A stretch of DNA of 64,000 nt from positions 416,001-480,000 of the forward strand of contig JAXSNR010000001.1 of NCBI GenBank assembly GCA_037925075.1. The letters run 5' to 3'. Within the stretch, counting starts at the first letter, position 1, and each line of letters opens with the position of its first letter. The position numbers and the translations under genes were made by a program. Shown in pieces: positions 50,042-60,714 of this stretch. Under the pieces are notes generated by a model. The model was not told the DNA's origin. It did not search any database and saw nothing but the letters and a program-made list of their open reading frames with translations. The DNA is from Aquificaceae bacterium (GTDB lineage Bacteria; Aquificota; Aquificia; Aquificales; Aquificaceae).

Positions 50042-50530
50042 TTATAACATATTCGCCTTTTTGAAAAGGTCGCCAAGGGTGGTGGACCTGTACTCAAGAG
50101 CATTTTGAAAACCAGCCATGCAGTCAGGACTGCAAAGGGGTTTTGTGGGTATGCTAAGTATTATCTGTTCCCTTACGAGGCTTGTAAGGTCAAAGGCTTC
50201 CTCATCCTCAAAAAAGGAGACTTCAAGCTCAGAAGGTTTAAGATGGAGCACATCTTTGGTAGGATAGGACTCTATTCTTAAGGTTTCACTTTTACCTATA
50301 TCCTTTTGAAACAGGGTCAGACATCTACTACACTCAAGCACCACATAACCCTCAATCTCCATGCTTACTCTGTATCCACCTTTTTCCTTTGTTATCTCCA
50401 CGTAAAGGCTTATGGGTTCCTTTATCTCACCGAGGTCTGGGGGTAGTTTTATGTCTTCAGGCTTGAAAAGATAGCTCTGTGAAAACTTTTTCCTTGTTTT
50501 GAATATCTCTTTTAGGTTTAGCTTTACCAT
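50042..50530 (-). CDS. yceD: DUF177/YceD protein
   Basis: CSRCL, EQIILSIP.KPLC..DC; canonical position before rpmF-plsX-fabH. Confidence 0.9.
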   Translation of the reverse strand: MVKLNLKEIFKTRKKFSQSYLFKPEDIKLPPDLGEIKEPISLYVEITKEKGGYRVSMEIEGYVVLECSRCLTLFQKDIGKSETLRIESYPTKDVLHLKPSELEVSFFEDEEAFDLTSLVREQIILSIPTKPLCSPDCMAGFQNALEYRSTTLGDLFKKANML

Positions 50531-50577
50531 AATGTTTTAAAATATTTCAGACCTAAAAGGATTTCAAGGAGGTCTGT

Positions 50578-51555
50578 ATGAGGCTTGTAGCCATTGGAGG
50601 AGGAACGGGGCTTTCCACCCTTTTGAGAGGACTAAAGGAGAGGGTAGGCAGGGAAATTGAAGACCTTTCCGCCATAGTCACCGTTGCAGACAGTGGTGGA
50701 AGCACTGGAAAGCTAAGGAAGCTATACAATGTGCCCGCACCTGGGGACATAAGGAACTGTATAGTCGCCTTGTCAGAAAGTGAGGAGATAATAGGCGAGC
50801 TCTTTCAGTTTAGGTTCAAAGGTGGGGAGCTTGAGGGGCATGCCCTCGGAAACCTCTTTTTGGTAGCCTTGACGGAGATAACCGGTAGCTTTATGCAGGC
50901 GGTAAACATAGCTTCTCAGATACTAAGAACAAAGGGGGAGATAATCCCAGCAACCCTTGAAAACATCCAGCTATGTGCGGAGTTTAGCGATGGAAGTATA
51001 GTATATGGAGAGGAAGAGATAACAGAATATGGAAAACACGATGGAGTTAAGCTTAGAAAAATATGGATAGAACCTCAGGGCGTAAAGGCTCCCATAGATG
51101 CGGTCGCAAAGATAGAGGCCGCGGATATGATAGTTTTTGGTCCAGGTAGCCTTTATACGAGCATCATTCCAAACCTGCTTATAGGGGACATAAGGGATGC
51201 TGTAAACCGGTCTCCAGCCGTGAAGGTTTTTGTGGTCAACGCCATGACCCAGCCTGGAGAGACAGACGCCTTTACCGCCTACGACCACATAAGAACCTTC
51301 AGAGAATACACGGGAGTAGAGAAAATAGATGTGGTGCTGGTAAACACCAAGATGCCCTCAGACCCAGTCCTGAGGAGATATTTGCAACAAAAACAAGAGC
51401 CAGTTATACCAGACATAGCAAGGATCGCAAGGGAAGGGATAGAGGTGTACGCGGAAGACCTTATTGGGGACAAGGATGATTTTGTAAGGCATGACCCAAA
51501 AAGGCTTGCAGACCTTATAGTGGAAATACACAAAAAACATGGTGTTTTTCCTTAA
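50578..51555 (+). CDS. yvcK: YvcK/GlmR (UPF0052) family protein
   Basis: [37 protein letters not shown]. Confidence 0.92.
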   Translation: MRLVAIGGGTGLSTLLRGLKERVGREIEDLSAIVTVADSGGSTGKLRKLYNVPAPGDIRNCIVALSESEEIIGELFQFRFKGGELEGHALGNLFLVALTEITGSFMQAVNIASQILRTKGEIIPATLENIQLCAEFSDGSIVYGEEEITEYGKHDGVKLRKIWIEPQGVKAPIDAVAKIEAADMIVFGPGSLYTSIIPNLLIGDIRDAVNRSPAVKVFVVNAMTQPGETDAFTAYDHIRTFREYTGVEKIDVVLVNTKMPSDPVLRRYLQQKQEPVIPDIARIAREGIEVYAEDLIGDKDDFVRHDPKRLADLIVEIHKKHGVFP

Positions 51556-53047
51556 CTTTGACACCTCGAAGCTTCCCACCGAGGAAGCTCAGGCGGTTGT
51601 ATGTGGTAGTGGCATAGGTGGGCTAACCACCGCCATAGTCCTCAAGGAATTAGGTGTAGACCCTCTTATCCTCACAAGGGGAGTAGGAAACACCTACTAC
51701 TCACAGGGTGGCATAGCCTGTGCCCTTGACCCAAAGGACAGCCCCTATCTTCATATGCTTGACACCCAAAAGGCAGGAAGAGGCTTGTGTAGGGAAGATA
51801 CCCTCAGAGTTTTGGTGGATGAGGGCGTGCAAAGAATGGCGGACCTCAAAAGGTGGGGTGTGGTCTTTGATGAGGAAACCACCATAGAAGGGGGTCATTC
51901 CTTTCCAAGGGTTTACAAGGTTAAGGACTACACGGGCAGAGCCATATACGAAGCCCTGTGGAAAAGGGTAAGAGAACTGGGCATAAGGGTGGTAAGGGGA
52001 GAGATTGAGGAGGTACTGGGAGAGGAGAGGATAGAAGGGCTCATCTACTACGACGGCACTCTCAAACTTATAAGAACTCCAGCCCTTGTATTGGCAACGG
52101 GCGGGTCCGCAAGCATGTTTTTGCATACTTCAAACCCAGTAAAGGTAAGAGGAGATGCCCTTGGTATAGCCCTAAGAAAAGGCGTTAAATTGGTCAACCC
52201 GGAGTTTGTGCAGTTCCATCCTACTGTGGTAAAAAACACCAGCATACTCATCTCAGAGGCGGTAAGGGGAGAGGGTGCACTGCTTGTGGACAGCAAAGGG
52301 CAGAGGTTTGTTGATGAGCTTTTGCCCAGAGATGTGGTGGCAAGGGCAATATACCGAAAGCTAAAAGAAGGGGAGGAGGTCTTCCTTGATATGAGACCCA
52401 TAAGGGAAAAGGGCATAGACCTTTCCAAGAGGTTCCCTACCATATACGCCATGCTAAAAGAAATAGGCTACAATCCAGAAAGCCAACCCATTCCCATAAT
52501 CCCAGCGTCCCACTACTTTATAGGAGGCATCGAGGTGGATAGCTACGGAAAAACCACCTTTGAGGGGCTTTATGCCGTGGGAGAGTGTGCTTGCACGGGC
52601 GTGCATGGGGCAAACAGACTGGCCTCCAACTCCCTACTGGAAGGCTTAGTCTTTGGCTACAGGACCGCCTACAGGCTTTTGCACGACCTTTCCTTCTTGA
52701 AAAAGCCAAAAGAAGCCCACCACAAAAACCAAAGAGAGGGCAACCAAGACCCACCATATAGCTTTGAGGAACTAAGAAGGCTCATGTGGGAAAGCTGTGG
52801 ATTAGAAAGAGAAGAAGGTTCTCTCAAAGAAGCCATTGAAAGGCTTGGCACATGGCTAAAAACATGGAAAAGCTGGAAACCCACGATAGAAAACCGCCAG
52901 CTTTTTGACATAAGCCTCACCGCCATGGCTACGCTGAGCTGTGCCCTCTGGAGAAAAGAAAGCAGAGGGGTCCATCATAGAGTTGATTACCCTTACGAGA
53001 GGGAGGAGTTTAGGAAAGATAGTTTCTATTGCTTTTCATTAGATTGA
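51539..53047 (+). CDS. nadB: L-aspartate oxidase
   Basis: [42 protein letters not shown]. Confidence 0.94.
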   Translation: MVFFLNFDTSKLPTEEAQAVVCGSGIGGLTTAIVLKELGVDPLILTRGVGNTYYSQGGIACALDPKDSPYLHMLDTQKAGRGLCREDTLRVLVDEGVQRMADLKRWGVVFDEETTIEGGHSFPRVYKVKDYTGRAIYEALWKRVRELGIRVVRGEIEEVLGEERIEGLIYYDGTLKLIRTPALVLATGGSASMFLHTSNPVKVRGDALGIALRKGVKLVNPEFVQFHPTVVKNTSILISEAVRGEGALLVDSKGQRFVDELLPRDVVARAIYRKLKEGEEVFLDMRPIREKGIDLSKRFPTIYAMLKEIGYNPESQPIPIIPASHYFIGGIEVDSYGKTTFEGLYAVGECACTGVHGANRLASNSLLEGLVFGYRTAYRLLHDLSFLKKPKEAHHKNQREGNQDPPYSFEELRRLMWESCGLEREEGSLKEAIERLGTWLKTWKSWKPTIENRQLFDISLTAMATLSCALWRKESRGVHHRVDYPYEREEFRKDSFYCFSLD

Positions 53048-53071
53048 AGGCGGTGCTATAATAAAAAACCC

Positions 53072-53434
53072 ATGGAGGCAAAGCTGGCAAAATACCACAG
53101 GGAAATAGATATAAAGGAGCTTGGAAGGCTTTTAGAGGAAAAGCTCAGAAGGGTACCTCCCACCATGGAGTATGTGAGGAACCTTATCCTTGACGCCAAG
53201 ATGCTGTACAGGATTTTATCCGATGAAGAGTTTGACCTAAAGGAAGACGCTAAGAGGGATTTTGTATCTTCACTTATCTACTTTATAGAGGACAGGGACT
53301 CAATACCTGACCGCATACCCTTGATTGGCTACTGGGACGACTACAAGCTAATAAGGTATGTCAAAGAAAAGCACAAGGAAGAGATAGACCGCTACTTTTC
53401 TCAGGTTAAGCATTTTATAGCCAACTATTTCTGA
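53072..53434 (+). CDS. YkvA/DUF1232 family protein
   Basis: YFI...D.IPD.IP.IGYWDD motif. Confidence 0.8.
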   Translation: MEAKLAKYHREIDIKELGRLLEEKLRRVPPTMEYVRNLILDAKMLYRILSDEEFDLKEDAKRDFVSSLIYFIEDRDSIPDRIPLIGYWDDYKLIRYVKEKHKEEIDRYFSQVKHFIANYF

Positions 53435-54408
53435 TGGTGGGGTTTCTTTTTTACAGGCTTTTTCAGGGGTTTATAACCTTGCTTGGGGTAACCTTCCTGT
53501 CCTTTCTCATCATAAAACTGGCACCGGGGGACTACCTTGACCAGCTAAAACTAAACCCTCAGATATCTCCAGAAACCATAGAAGCCCTAAAAAGGCAGTA
53601 CGGCCTTGACCAGAATGTGTTTTTGCAGTACATAAGATGGCTCTTGTCCGCTTTTAAGTTTGACCTTGGCTACAGCTTTCAGTACCACGCTCCCGTATCT
53701 CAGCTCATAGGGGAGAGGGTATGGAACACCCTTTTGCTTACGGTGACTTCCACTATTCTTTCTTGGCTGATAGCAGTCCCTCTTGGTATGATCGCAGGGC
53801 TCAAGGAGGGCAGTCTTGTGGATAAGCTCATAAGGGCATACAGCTACGCCTTTATGTCCTTTCCCTCCTTCTTTCTTGCCTTTATAATTCTTGTTATAGT
53901 TTCAAAAACGGGATACTTACCAGTGGGTGGTCCATACAGTCCAGACTTTCATAAGCTTAGTCTATGGGGTAAGGTGGTCGATGTGGTATCCCACCTTTTT
54001 GTTCCTGTGCTAACTTTGACCCTTGTCTCTTCCGCAGGACTCATAAGGCTCATGAGAAGCAGTGTTATAGAGATAAAAAACAGCCCTATGGTGGTGATGC
54101 TTAGGGCAAAGGGTGTTTCCCAATGGGTTATCCTTAGGCACATCTTCAAAAACGCCATGAATCCCTTTACTACATTGATAGGCTACGAGATAGCTGGGCT
54201 TTTGTCGGGTGCGGCGCTTATTGAAATAATAGTTGGTTGGCCTGGGCTTGGAACTCTTATGTTGGATGCGGTACTCTCTCAAGACCTATTTTTGGTCATG
54301 GGTGGGCTCTACATTGGAACCATAATGCTTCTTATGGGAAACCTTGTGGCGGATATACTGTTAGCTTTAATAGACCCGAGGGTAAGGGAGAGGGAGATAA
54401 TAAGCTAA
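53434..54408 (+). CDS. Peptide/nickel ABC transporter permease (OppB/DppB-like)
   Basis: APGD, YGLDQ, DLGYS, RAKG EAA-loop region, WPGLG, DPRVR; no partner genes adjacent. Confidence 0.9.
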   Translation: MVGFLFYRLFQGFITLLGVTFLSFLIIKLAPGDYLDQLKLNPQISPETIEALKRQYGLDQNVFLQYIRWLLSAFKFDLGYSFQYHAPVSQLIGERVWNTLLLTVTSTILSWLIAVPLGMIAGLKEGSLVDKLIRAYSYAFMSFPSFFLAFIILVIVSKTGYLPVGGPYSPDFHKLSLWGKVVDVVSHLFVPVLTLTLVSSAGLIRLMRSSVIEIKNSPMVVMLRAKGVSQWVILRHIFKNAMNPFTTLIGYEIAGLLSGAALIEIIVGWPGLGTLMLDAVLSQDLFLVMGGLYIGTIMLLMGNLVADILLALIDPRVREREIIS

Positions 54409-54420
54409 GGAGGTTTTGCC

Positions 54421-54972
54421 ATGCCAAAGGTAGCCCTTATTCTTGCGGAAGGCTTTGAAGAGGTGGAGGCGGTTGCACCCATTGATGTGCTAAGGCGTGC
54501 AGGCGTGGAGGTGGTAATCGCTGGACTCTCTCCAGAGCCTGTTGCCAGTGCAAGGAATGTAAAGATTGTTCCGGACACCACTGTGGACAAGCTCAACGCA
54601 GATGAGCTCGACCTTGTTATACTACCCGGCGGTGCGGGTGGTGTGGAAAAGCTCAAAAAGGACCCAAGGGTGGAAAGGCTTATAAAGGCCATGCAAGAAA
54701 AGAAAAGGCTCATAGGTGCCATATGTGCTGCACCCACTGCACTAGCAAAGTTCGGCGTGCTTGAGGGGAAAAGGGCAACCGTATATCCCTCCCTTATGGA
54801 TGAGATAAAACCAGCCCAGTTTGTGGACAGCCCGGTAGTAGAGGATGAAAACATCATCACAAGCCAAGGACCCGGCACAGCCCTTGAGTTTGGTCTAAAG
54901 CTTGCAGAAAGGCTCGTAGGAAAGGAGAAGGCTAAGGAAGTTGCAAGTAGGATGCTGGTTAAGTACGAATGA
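54421..54972 (+). CDS. DJ-1/YajL family protein
   Basis: GFEEVE, LPGG, AICAAP, TSQGPGT. Confidence 0.92.
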   Translation: MPKVALILAEGFEEVEAVAPIDVLRRAGVEVVIAGLSPEPVASARNVKIVPDTTVDKLNADELDLVILPGGAGGVEKLKKDPRVERLIKAMQEKKRLIGAICAAPTALAKFGVLEGKRATVYPSLMDEIKPAQFVDSPVVEDENIITSQGPGTALEFGLKLAERLVGKEKAKEVASRMLVKYE

Positions 54973-56144
54973 TACAAGTAAGGGTAAAGCCCGGCGTTGA
55001 AGACAAAATAAGTGGCTTTTTCCCTTGGGTTTATAAACCAGAGATCATAGGCTACTCTAAACAGCCTCAAAAGGGAGACCTTGTGGTGGTCAGGGACTAT
55101 GCGGGCAGGTTTCTTGGCTATGGCTATATAAACCCCTCAGCCAAAATAAGCATAAGGATACTATCCTTTAACAAGGAAGAACGTATAACTGAAGACCTTA
55201 TAAGAAAAAGGATATCTCAGGCTTTAGAGTACAGGAAAAGGATCCACATAGACAGCAACGCCTACAGACTGATCCATTCAGAGGGAGACCTTCTGCCAGG
55301 GCTTGTGGTAGATGTGTACGGAGACTATGTGGTGGTGGAGTTTACCACCTACGGAATGAACAGGCTACGCCACTGGGTCATCCCAGCCCTTATTGATCTC
55401 CTAAAGCCAAAGGGCATTTATGAAAAGACAGATGACTATGTGGCTTCCGCGGAGGGCTTTAGAGAACAGGGAGGTGTTATATATGGAGAGGTACCGGAGG
55501 AAGTAATAATATGGGAGCGCGACCTTAAGTTTATTGTAAACATACCACAGGGTCAGAAAACGGGCTTTTTTCTTGACCAAAGGTGGGCAAGAAGGCTCAT
55601 AAGGAGCTTTGTCCGTACGGGGGACGAATGCCTTGACGTTTTCTGTCATACGGGTGGCTTTGCCCTTAGCCTTAAAAAGGCAGGAGCTGGGAAGGTTGTG
55701 GCGGTGGACATCTCTGACCTTGCCATCGAGATCGCAAAGAAAAACGCGGAGCTTAACCAGATTGAAGGTATAGAGTGGATCGAGGCCAATGCCTTTGACC
55801 TCCTCAGGAAGTTCCACCAAGAGGGAAGAAAGTTTGACCTTGTGGTGATAGACCCACCTTCCTTTGCGAAAAACAGGGCATCTGTTCCCAACGCACTGAG
55901 AGGCTATAAGGAGCTTCTTGTAAGAGGCTTGCATCTAACAAAGCCTGGGGGATATTTGGCCATATACTCCTGCTCCTTTCATATAACCAGAGAACACCTT
56001 TTAGAGGTACTTGCATCCGCAGGCAAAGATACAAGGAAGCAGGTCCGAATCGTGGCGGAGAGCTTCCAAGACCTTGACCATCCGTGGATCTTACAGATGC
56101 CCAACACTTTGTACCTGAAGGGAATATATGCGGAGGTGCTTTGA
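54969..56144 (+). CDS. RlmI-like PUA-domain SAM-dependent RNA methyltransferase
   Basis: HSEGDLLPGL, GQKTGFFLDQ, DPPSF, SCS. Confidence 0.9.
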   Translation: MIQVRVKPGVEDKISGFFPWVYKPEIIGYSKQPQKGDLVVVRDYAGRFLGYGYINPSAKISIRILSFNKEERITEDLIRKRISQALEYRKRIHIDSNAYRLIHSEGDLLPGLVVDVYGDYVVVEFTTYGMNRLRHWVIPALIDLLKPKGIYEKTDDYVASAEGFREQGGVIYGEVPEEVIIWERDLKFIVNIPQGQKTGFFLDQRWARRLIRSFVRTGDECLDVFCHTGGFALSLKKAGAGKVVAVDISDLAIEIAKKNAELNQIEGIEWIEANAFDLLRKFHQEGRKFDLVVIDPPSFAKNRASVPNALRGYKELLVRGLHLTKPGGYLAIYSCSFHITREHLLEVLASAGKDTRKQVRIVAESFQDLDHPWILQMPNTLYLKGIYAEVL

Positions 56145-56914
56145 TGAACCTTAGCCAAGCCTTTGTGATGGGGGTTGTGGAGGGGCTCACAGAGTTTCTG
56201 CCCGTTTCCTCCACAGGACACCTCATCCTTACCGCACACCTTCTTGGTATACCCCACAACACTTTTACCAAAAGCTTTGAGATATCCGTGCAGTTTGGCT
56301 CAATACTGGCGGTGGTTTTTCTCTATTGGAGAAGGTTTCTCACAGATATGGACCTTTGGAAAAGAATAGGGGTTGCCTTTTTGCCTACAGGAATCCTGGG
56401 TTTTAGCTTTTACAAGCTCATAAAGGGCTATCTTATAGGAAACGATGTAGTAGTGGTTTTGGCTTTGGTGCTTGGGGGTGTTTTTCTCTTGTTTGCGGAC
56501 AGGGTGTGTGAGGGCTCTTGCCCTCTTGAAGATGCGAGAGAACTTAGCTACAAAAGAGCCTTTGTTATAGGGCTTTTTCAGAGCCTTGCCATGGTGCCCG
56601 GTGTTTCAAGGTCCGCATCCACCATCATCGGAGGTATACTTATGGGTCTAGGTAGAAAAGCGTCCGCGGAGTTTTCCTTTCTCCTTGCGGTTCCCACCAT
56701 GCTTGTGGCAACAAGCTATGACCTTTTTAGGTCCCACTCGGAGTTTCAGGCTCAAGAGTGGCAGGTGCTTTTGGTGGGCTTTTCAACAGCATTTTTGTTT
56801 GCCCTGATAAGCGTTAAAGCCCTTCTTGCCTTCCTTTCAAGGCATTCCTTCGTTCCCTTTGGCATATACAGAATCCTTGTAGGGCTAACTTACGCCTATT
56901 TCTTTTTGCTATAA
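56144..56914 (+). CDS. uppP: Undecaprenyl-diphosphate phosphatase
   Basis: GVVEGLTEFLPVSSTGH, PGVSRS, FSFLLAVP; start ATG 56144 (TGATG overlap). Confidence 0.95.
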   Translation: MNLSQAFVMGVVEGLTEFLPVSSTGHLILTAHLLGIPHNTFTKSFEISVQFGSILAVVFLYWRRFLTDMDLWKRIGVAFLPTGILGFSFYKLIKGYLIGNDVVVVLALVLGGVFLLFADRVCEGSCPLEDARELSYKRAFVIGLFQSLAMVPGVSRSASTIIGGILMGLGRKASAEFSFLLAVPTMLVATSYDLFRSHSEFQAQEWQVLLVGFSTAFLFALISVKALLAFLSRHSFVPFGIYRILVGLTYAYFFLL

Positions 56915-56922
56915 TCTATGTA

Positions 56923-57663
56923 ATGAAACTCATAGCGGCAAACTGGAAGATGAACCTAACACCGTCCCAGACAAGGGACTACATAAAAAGCTTTTTACCT
57001 CTTGTGGAAGGTATCTCAGACAGGGAAATCCTCCTTTGTCCTCCCTTCACTTCCCTTTGCATAGCCCAAGAGCTTCTCCAAGAGAGCAATGTCAAATTGG
57101 GTGCTCAAAACTGCCACCACGAGCAAAAGGGTGCCTACACGGGAGAGGTATCCCTTGATATGCTAAAGGACCTGGGCGTTTCCTACGTGATAGTGGGGCA
57201 TTCGGAAAGAAGGTGGATATTCGGAGAGTCCGATGAGCTGATAAACAAAAAGCTAACCGCCTGCCTTCGGGCAGGCATAAGACCCTTGCTATGTGTTGGT
57301 GAAAGGGCTGAAGAAAGGGAGGCAGGTCTTACCTTTAAGGTGGTGGAGGCACAGATAAGGCTTGCCCTTTCTGGAATGGAGGGCTACACAGATAGCATAG
57401 ACATAGCCTACGAGCCCGTATGGGCCATAGGCACTGGAAACCCAGCCACGCCGGAGGACGCACAGCTTGTCCACGCCTTCATAAAGGACCTGATACAACA
57501 GATAAACCCACAGCACGCGGGAAGGACAAGGGTTCTATACGGTGGAAGCGTAAATCCGAAAAACGCCGGTGAGTTTATGAAGATGAAGGATGTGGACGGC
57601 TTACTGGTAGGGGGTGCCAGCTTAGACCCTGAAGCCTTTGCCCAGATCGTAAAGTCCTTTTAG
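56923..57663 (+). CDS. tpiA: Triosephosphate isomerase
   Basis: NWKM, GHSERR, AYEPVWAIGTG, YGGSV, VGGASL. Confidence 0.98.
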   Translation: MKLIAANWKMNLTPSQTRDYIKSFLPLVEGISDREILLCPPFTSLCIAQELLQESNVKLGAQNCHHEQKGAYTGEVSLDMLKDLGVSYVIVGHSERRWIFGESDELINKKLTACLRAGIRPLLCVGERAEEREAGLTFKVVEAQIRLALSGMEGYTDSIDIAYEPVWAIGTGNPATPEDAQLVHAFIKDLIQQINPQHAGRTRVLYGGSVNPKNAGEFMKMKDVDGLLVGGASLDPEAFAQIVKSF

Positions 57664-58680
57664 AGCCAGAAGGGGTATTGGTAGGTAAATCAAAAGTGTC
57701 AGGTGAACCTCTAAGCTTGTGTTTTCTATAGTAGACCTTACAAGGTTTATGAAAAACCAATGAGTAAAGTAGGACGCAAGGAGAGCAAGAAGTCCCAGTT
57801 TGAAAATTCGCCATCTGATGTAAACCCAGCCCACTATAAGGCTTATAAAAAGAGGAAGAAAAGAGGTCAAAACCCTTCTTACCAGCTCATAGGCGTATTG
57901 TCTGTAGTTTATGCCTATGCTTTTGCCCAGTAAGCTCAAAACAAAAATATCCCTCATAGGGAGATGTTCTGGCTTTTCCGCAAGCGGACCTATCTGAGAA
58001 AGCCCAACGAAATCAAAGCTGATCTCCTTTAGCTCTTCCTCACCTAAGATAAAGTTTTTTACCTTTGCCTGAGGGAGCCAAAGCGTAACTTGCTTCCACT
58101 CACCAGAGCTTGCGGTTATCATCTCTCTTATGGAGCCTTCCTTTATTTTAAGGAGATAAAAGCCATACACCTTGCCCGTTGAGAGGTCCACAAGCTCAAA
58201 GTTGTAAAAGTGCTTTTCCCCATTCCTTTCACTTGTGAGCCAGAGATTTCTCACTATTCCCCTGTCTGTTTCCTTTGCCTTTTTGTACTCCCTTTCTATG
58301 TTAAATAGCTTCCTTTGGCTTTCTGGATAAAGGCGATAGCTACCAAGAAGGTTAAGAAGAGAAAGAAAAAGGGAAAAAAACAACATAAAGGTAAAAAAAT
58401 TCAAAGGCGAAAGGCCAAAGCTCTGAATTAGAAGGTCTATCTTTCTTTGAAAAAGCCTTCTAAAGGCTATAAGCAAAGCAAGCCCATTTACAAGGGCACT
58501 CAAGTAAAAAAAAGCGACAGGAAGGAAATAAAGGGTATAAGACGCAAGAACCGTCAGACTTTTTTCCTTAAAAACCATAAGAACCTCACCTATCAGATAG
58601 GCGTAGAGTATGCCAAAAAGGACCATAAGAATCAGTAGAAAGGTTTTAATATGGTTAAGAAGAAGGTATCTGTTTAGCAT
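57622..58680 (-). CDS. LptF/LptG family LPS export permease
   Basis: LNRY N-terminus, three TM + periplasmic beta domain + three TM topology. Confidence 0.75.
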   Translation of the reverse strand: MLNRYLLLNHIKTFLLILMVLFGILYAYLIGEVLMVFKEKSLTVLASYTLYFLPVAFFYLSALVNGLALLIAFRRLFQRKIDLLIQSFGLSPLNFFTFMLFFSLFLSLLNLLGSYRLYPESQRKLFNIEREYKKAKETDRGIVRNLWLTSERNGEKHFYNFELVDLSTGKVYGFYLLKIKEGSIREMITASSGEWKQVTLWLPQAKVKNFILGEEELKEISFDFVGLSQIGPLAEKPEHLPMRDIFVLSLLGKSIGINYRQYAYELVRRVLTSFLPLFISLIVGWVYIRWRIFKLGLLALLASYFTHWFFINLVRSTIENTSLEVHLTLLIYLPIPLLALKGLYDLGKGFRV

Positions 58681-58696
58681 GGGCTAAAATTTTAAT
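58681..58696. promoter_or_regulatory. Bidirectional leaderless promoter (lptF/G / gcvT)
   Basis: 16-bp spacer GGGCTAAAATTTTAAT; TAAAAT on both strands, 6 and 8 nt from the ATGs. Confidence 0.6.
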
Positions 58697-59716
58697 ATGA
58701 GAACACCCCTATACTCAAAACACAGAAGCTTAGGTGCAAGGTTTGTAGAGTTTGCAGGCTGGGAGATGCCATTAGAATACGGGTCCATAGCGGAGGAGGT
58801 AAGGGCGGTAAGAAGCTCCTGCGGTCTTTTTGATGTATCCCATATGGGCAGGCTTATCATCTCCTATGGCTTTGACCTCTTGCAAAGGCTTACCTCCAGA
58901 GACATAGGGAAGTTAAAGGAGGGCAAGGTGCAGTACAACCTCCTTCTCAACGCGGAGGGTGGAGTAAAGGATGACATAACCCTTTACAAGCTTTCCGAGA
59001 AGGAGTTTTTTATGTGCGTAAATGCGGGAAACAGGGAGAAGGTCAAGGCATGGCTTTTGAGCTGGGGTCTTTCTGTAAGGGATATGAGTCAGGAGTGGCT
59101 ACAGCTTGCCCTTCAGGGACCAAGGTCGCAACAAGTTCTTAGCAAGCACCTACCTGTGGAGCACATAAGGTATTACCACTTTCAAACCTTTGGGGACATA
59201 CTGGTCTCTCGCACGGGATACACGGGCGAGGACGGCTTTGAAATTTACGCACCCGTGGAAAAGGGCTTGGAGCTTTTTACGGAGCTATCCAAGGAATGTA
59301 TGTCCTGCGGGCTTGGTGCAAGGGATGTGCTGAGAATAGAGGCGGGCATGCCCCTTTATGGGCATGAGTTATCGGAAGATATAACACCCTTTGAGGCAAA
59401 CCTTGACAGGTATGTAAGCCTTGAGAAGGATTTTGTGGGTAAAGAGTCTCTTCTGAGTAAGAAGGTGGAAAAAAGGCTTTTTGGTCTTGAGCTACTGCAA
59501 AGGGGCGTGCCAAGGGAAGGCTACAAGATATTCTACAAAGAGAAAGAAATAGGTTATGTGAGCAGTGGAACCTTTTCTCCTAACCTCCAAAAGGGTATAG
59601 CACTCTGCTTTGTTCATGTGGACTTCAGAGTGGAAGGGCTTGAGGCAATGCTACAGATAAGGGATAAAAGACTGCCTGTTAGACTCAGAAGCTATCCTTT
59701 CATACATCCCCTTTAG
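58697..59716 (+). CDS. gcvT: Glycine cleavage system aminomethyltransferase T
   Basis: FAGWEMP, FDVSHMG, RTGYTGEDGFE, RIEAGMPLYG. Confidence 0.96.
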   Translation: MRTPLYSKHRSLGARFVEFAGWEMPLEYGSIAEEVRAVRSSCGLFDVSHMGRLIISYGFDLLQRLTSRDIGKLKEGKVQYNLLLNAEGGVKDDITLYKLSEKEFFMCVNAGNREKVKAWLLSWGLSVRDMSQEWLQLALQGPRSQQVLSKHLPVEHIRYYHFQTFGDILVSRTGYTGEDGFEIYAPVEKGLELFTELSKECMSCGLGARDVLRIEAGMPLYGHELSEDITPFEANLDRYVSLEKDFVGKESLLSKKVEKRLFGLELLQRGVPREGYKIFYKEKEIGYVSSGTFSPNLQKGIALCFVHVDFRVEGLEAMLQIRDKRLPVRLRSYPFIHPL

Positions 59717-60703
59717 CTTTTCTAAGCAATCATCCATGCAGTCGCAGTTAACCCTAAGGTATGGATGCCTTTGGAGTTTGTAAGTCCTATCGTAGTATTC
59801 CCTTATGAGAAACTCCGCAAGCTCTTCTACACGCCACTTACTTAGCAGTTCAAGGGCTTTTGAATACTTCCCCTCTCCAAGATACCTTCTTATCTTTAGC
59901 AAGGACTCCTTTGCCTCCTCCTGCCAGCCTTCAAACCCAGTGTACTCTTGAAGGAGGTTTTTTACCCTATTTTTTAGCGATGCCTCAATCTCCACGTATA
60001 TGCCCTCCTCCTTCTTTTTCCAAAAGGCTTCTGGAAGGTGTATGTGGCCTATGGTCCTGCTTTCATCTTCGGTAAAAAGAAGGTCTGAGTCTATGCTTAG
60101 AAGGCTTTCGTATAAAAGGGCGTCAAACATCTTTTGGCTCACCCTCTCCCTTATGCCCATCTTGCCAAAAACGGAGCCCCTGTCCTTTGCAAGGCCTTCA
60201 AGGTCCACTACAGGATAGCCCTCTTCTTTTAGCTTCCTTAATATGCGTGTCTTTCCCACGCCCGTTTTGCCAGCAAGCACTATAAACCTCTTATTCTTAA
60301 GCAACCTTTCCATGTCTCTGAGGATAAACCCTCTGTAAGCCCTGTAGCCACCCTCAACTCTTAGCACCTCAATTCCCATAGACCTAAGGACCTTGCACAG
60401 CTCCTGACTTCTCAAGCCACCTCTCCAGCAATAGACCACCACATGTTTGTACCTTTCCTTTAAGTCTCTAAATCTTTTCAAAAGGTCCTCCAGTTTTGAA
60501 TAGGCTATTTCATAACCCATATGCTTAGCTCTATCTACGCCTTCCCTTCTGTAGAGAAGTCCTATAAGCCTTTTCTCCTCGTCCTCAAACAGAGGCAAAT
60601 TAACAGCACCGGGTATATGGAACTCTTGGTATTCAGAAGGACTTCTTATGTCCACAACAACCTTGTCTTCAAGGCGGTATATCTCCTCAGGTCTTATATC
60701 CAT
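59651..60703 (-). CDS. mnmH: tRNA 2-selenouridine synthase
   Basis: Rhodanese domain with CWRGGLRS, GKTGVGKT P-loop, DLEGLA..RGS.FG, EDESR.IG, YYD. Confidence 0.92.
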   Translation of the reverse strand: MDIRPEEIYRLEDKVVVDIRSPSEYQEFHIPGAVNLPLFEDEEKRLIGLLYRREGVDRAKHMGYEIAYSKLEDLLKRFRDLKERYKHVVVYCWRGGLRSQELCKVLRSMGIEVLRVEGGYRAYRGFILRDMERLLKNKRFIVLAGKTGVGKTRILRKLKEEGYPVVDLEGLAKDRGSVFGKMGIRERVSQKMFDALLYESLLSIDSDLLFTEDESRTIGHIHLPEAFWKKKEEGIYVEIEASLKNRVKNLLQEYTGFEGWQEEAKESLLKIRRYLGEGKYSKALELLSKWRVEELAEFLIREYYDRTYKLQRHPYLRVNCDCMDDCLEKLKGMYERIASESNRQSFIPYL

Positions 60704-60714
60704 AGTTTAATAAT

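Noticed and set aside
54405..55070. 221-aa minus-strand ORF opposite the DJ-1 gene
   Set aside because: Ser/Thr-rich antisense shadow of a conserved gene.
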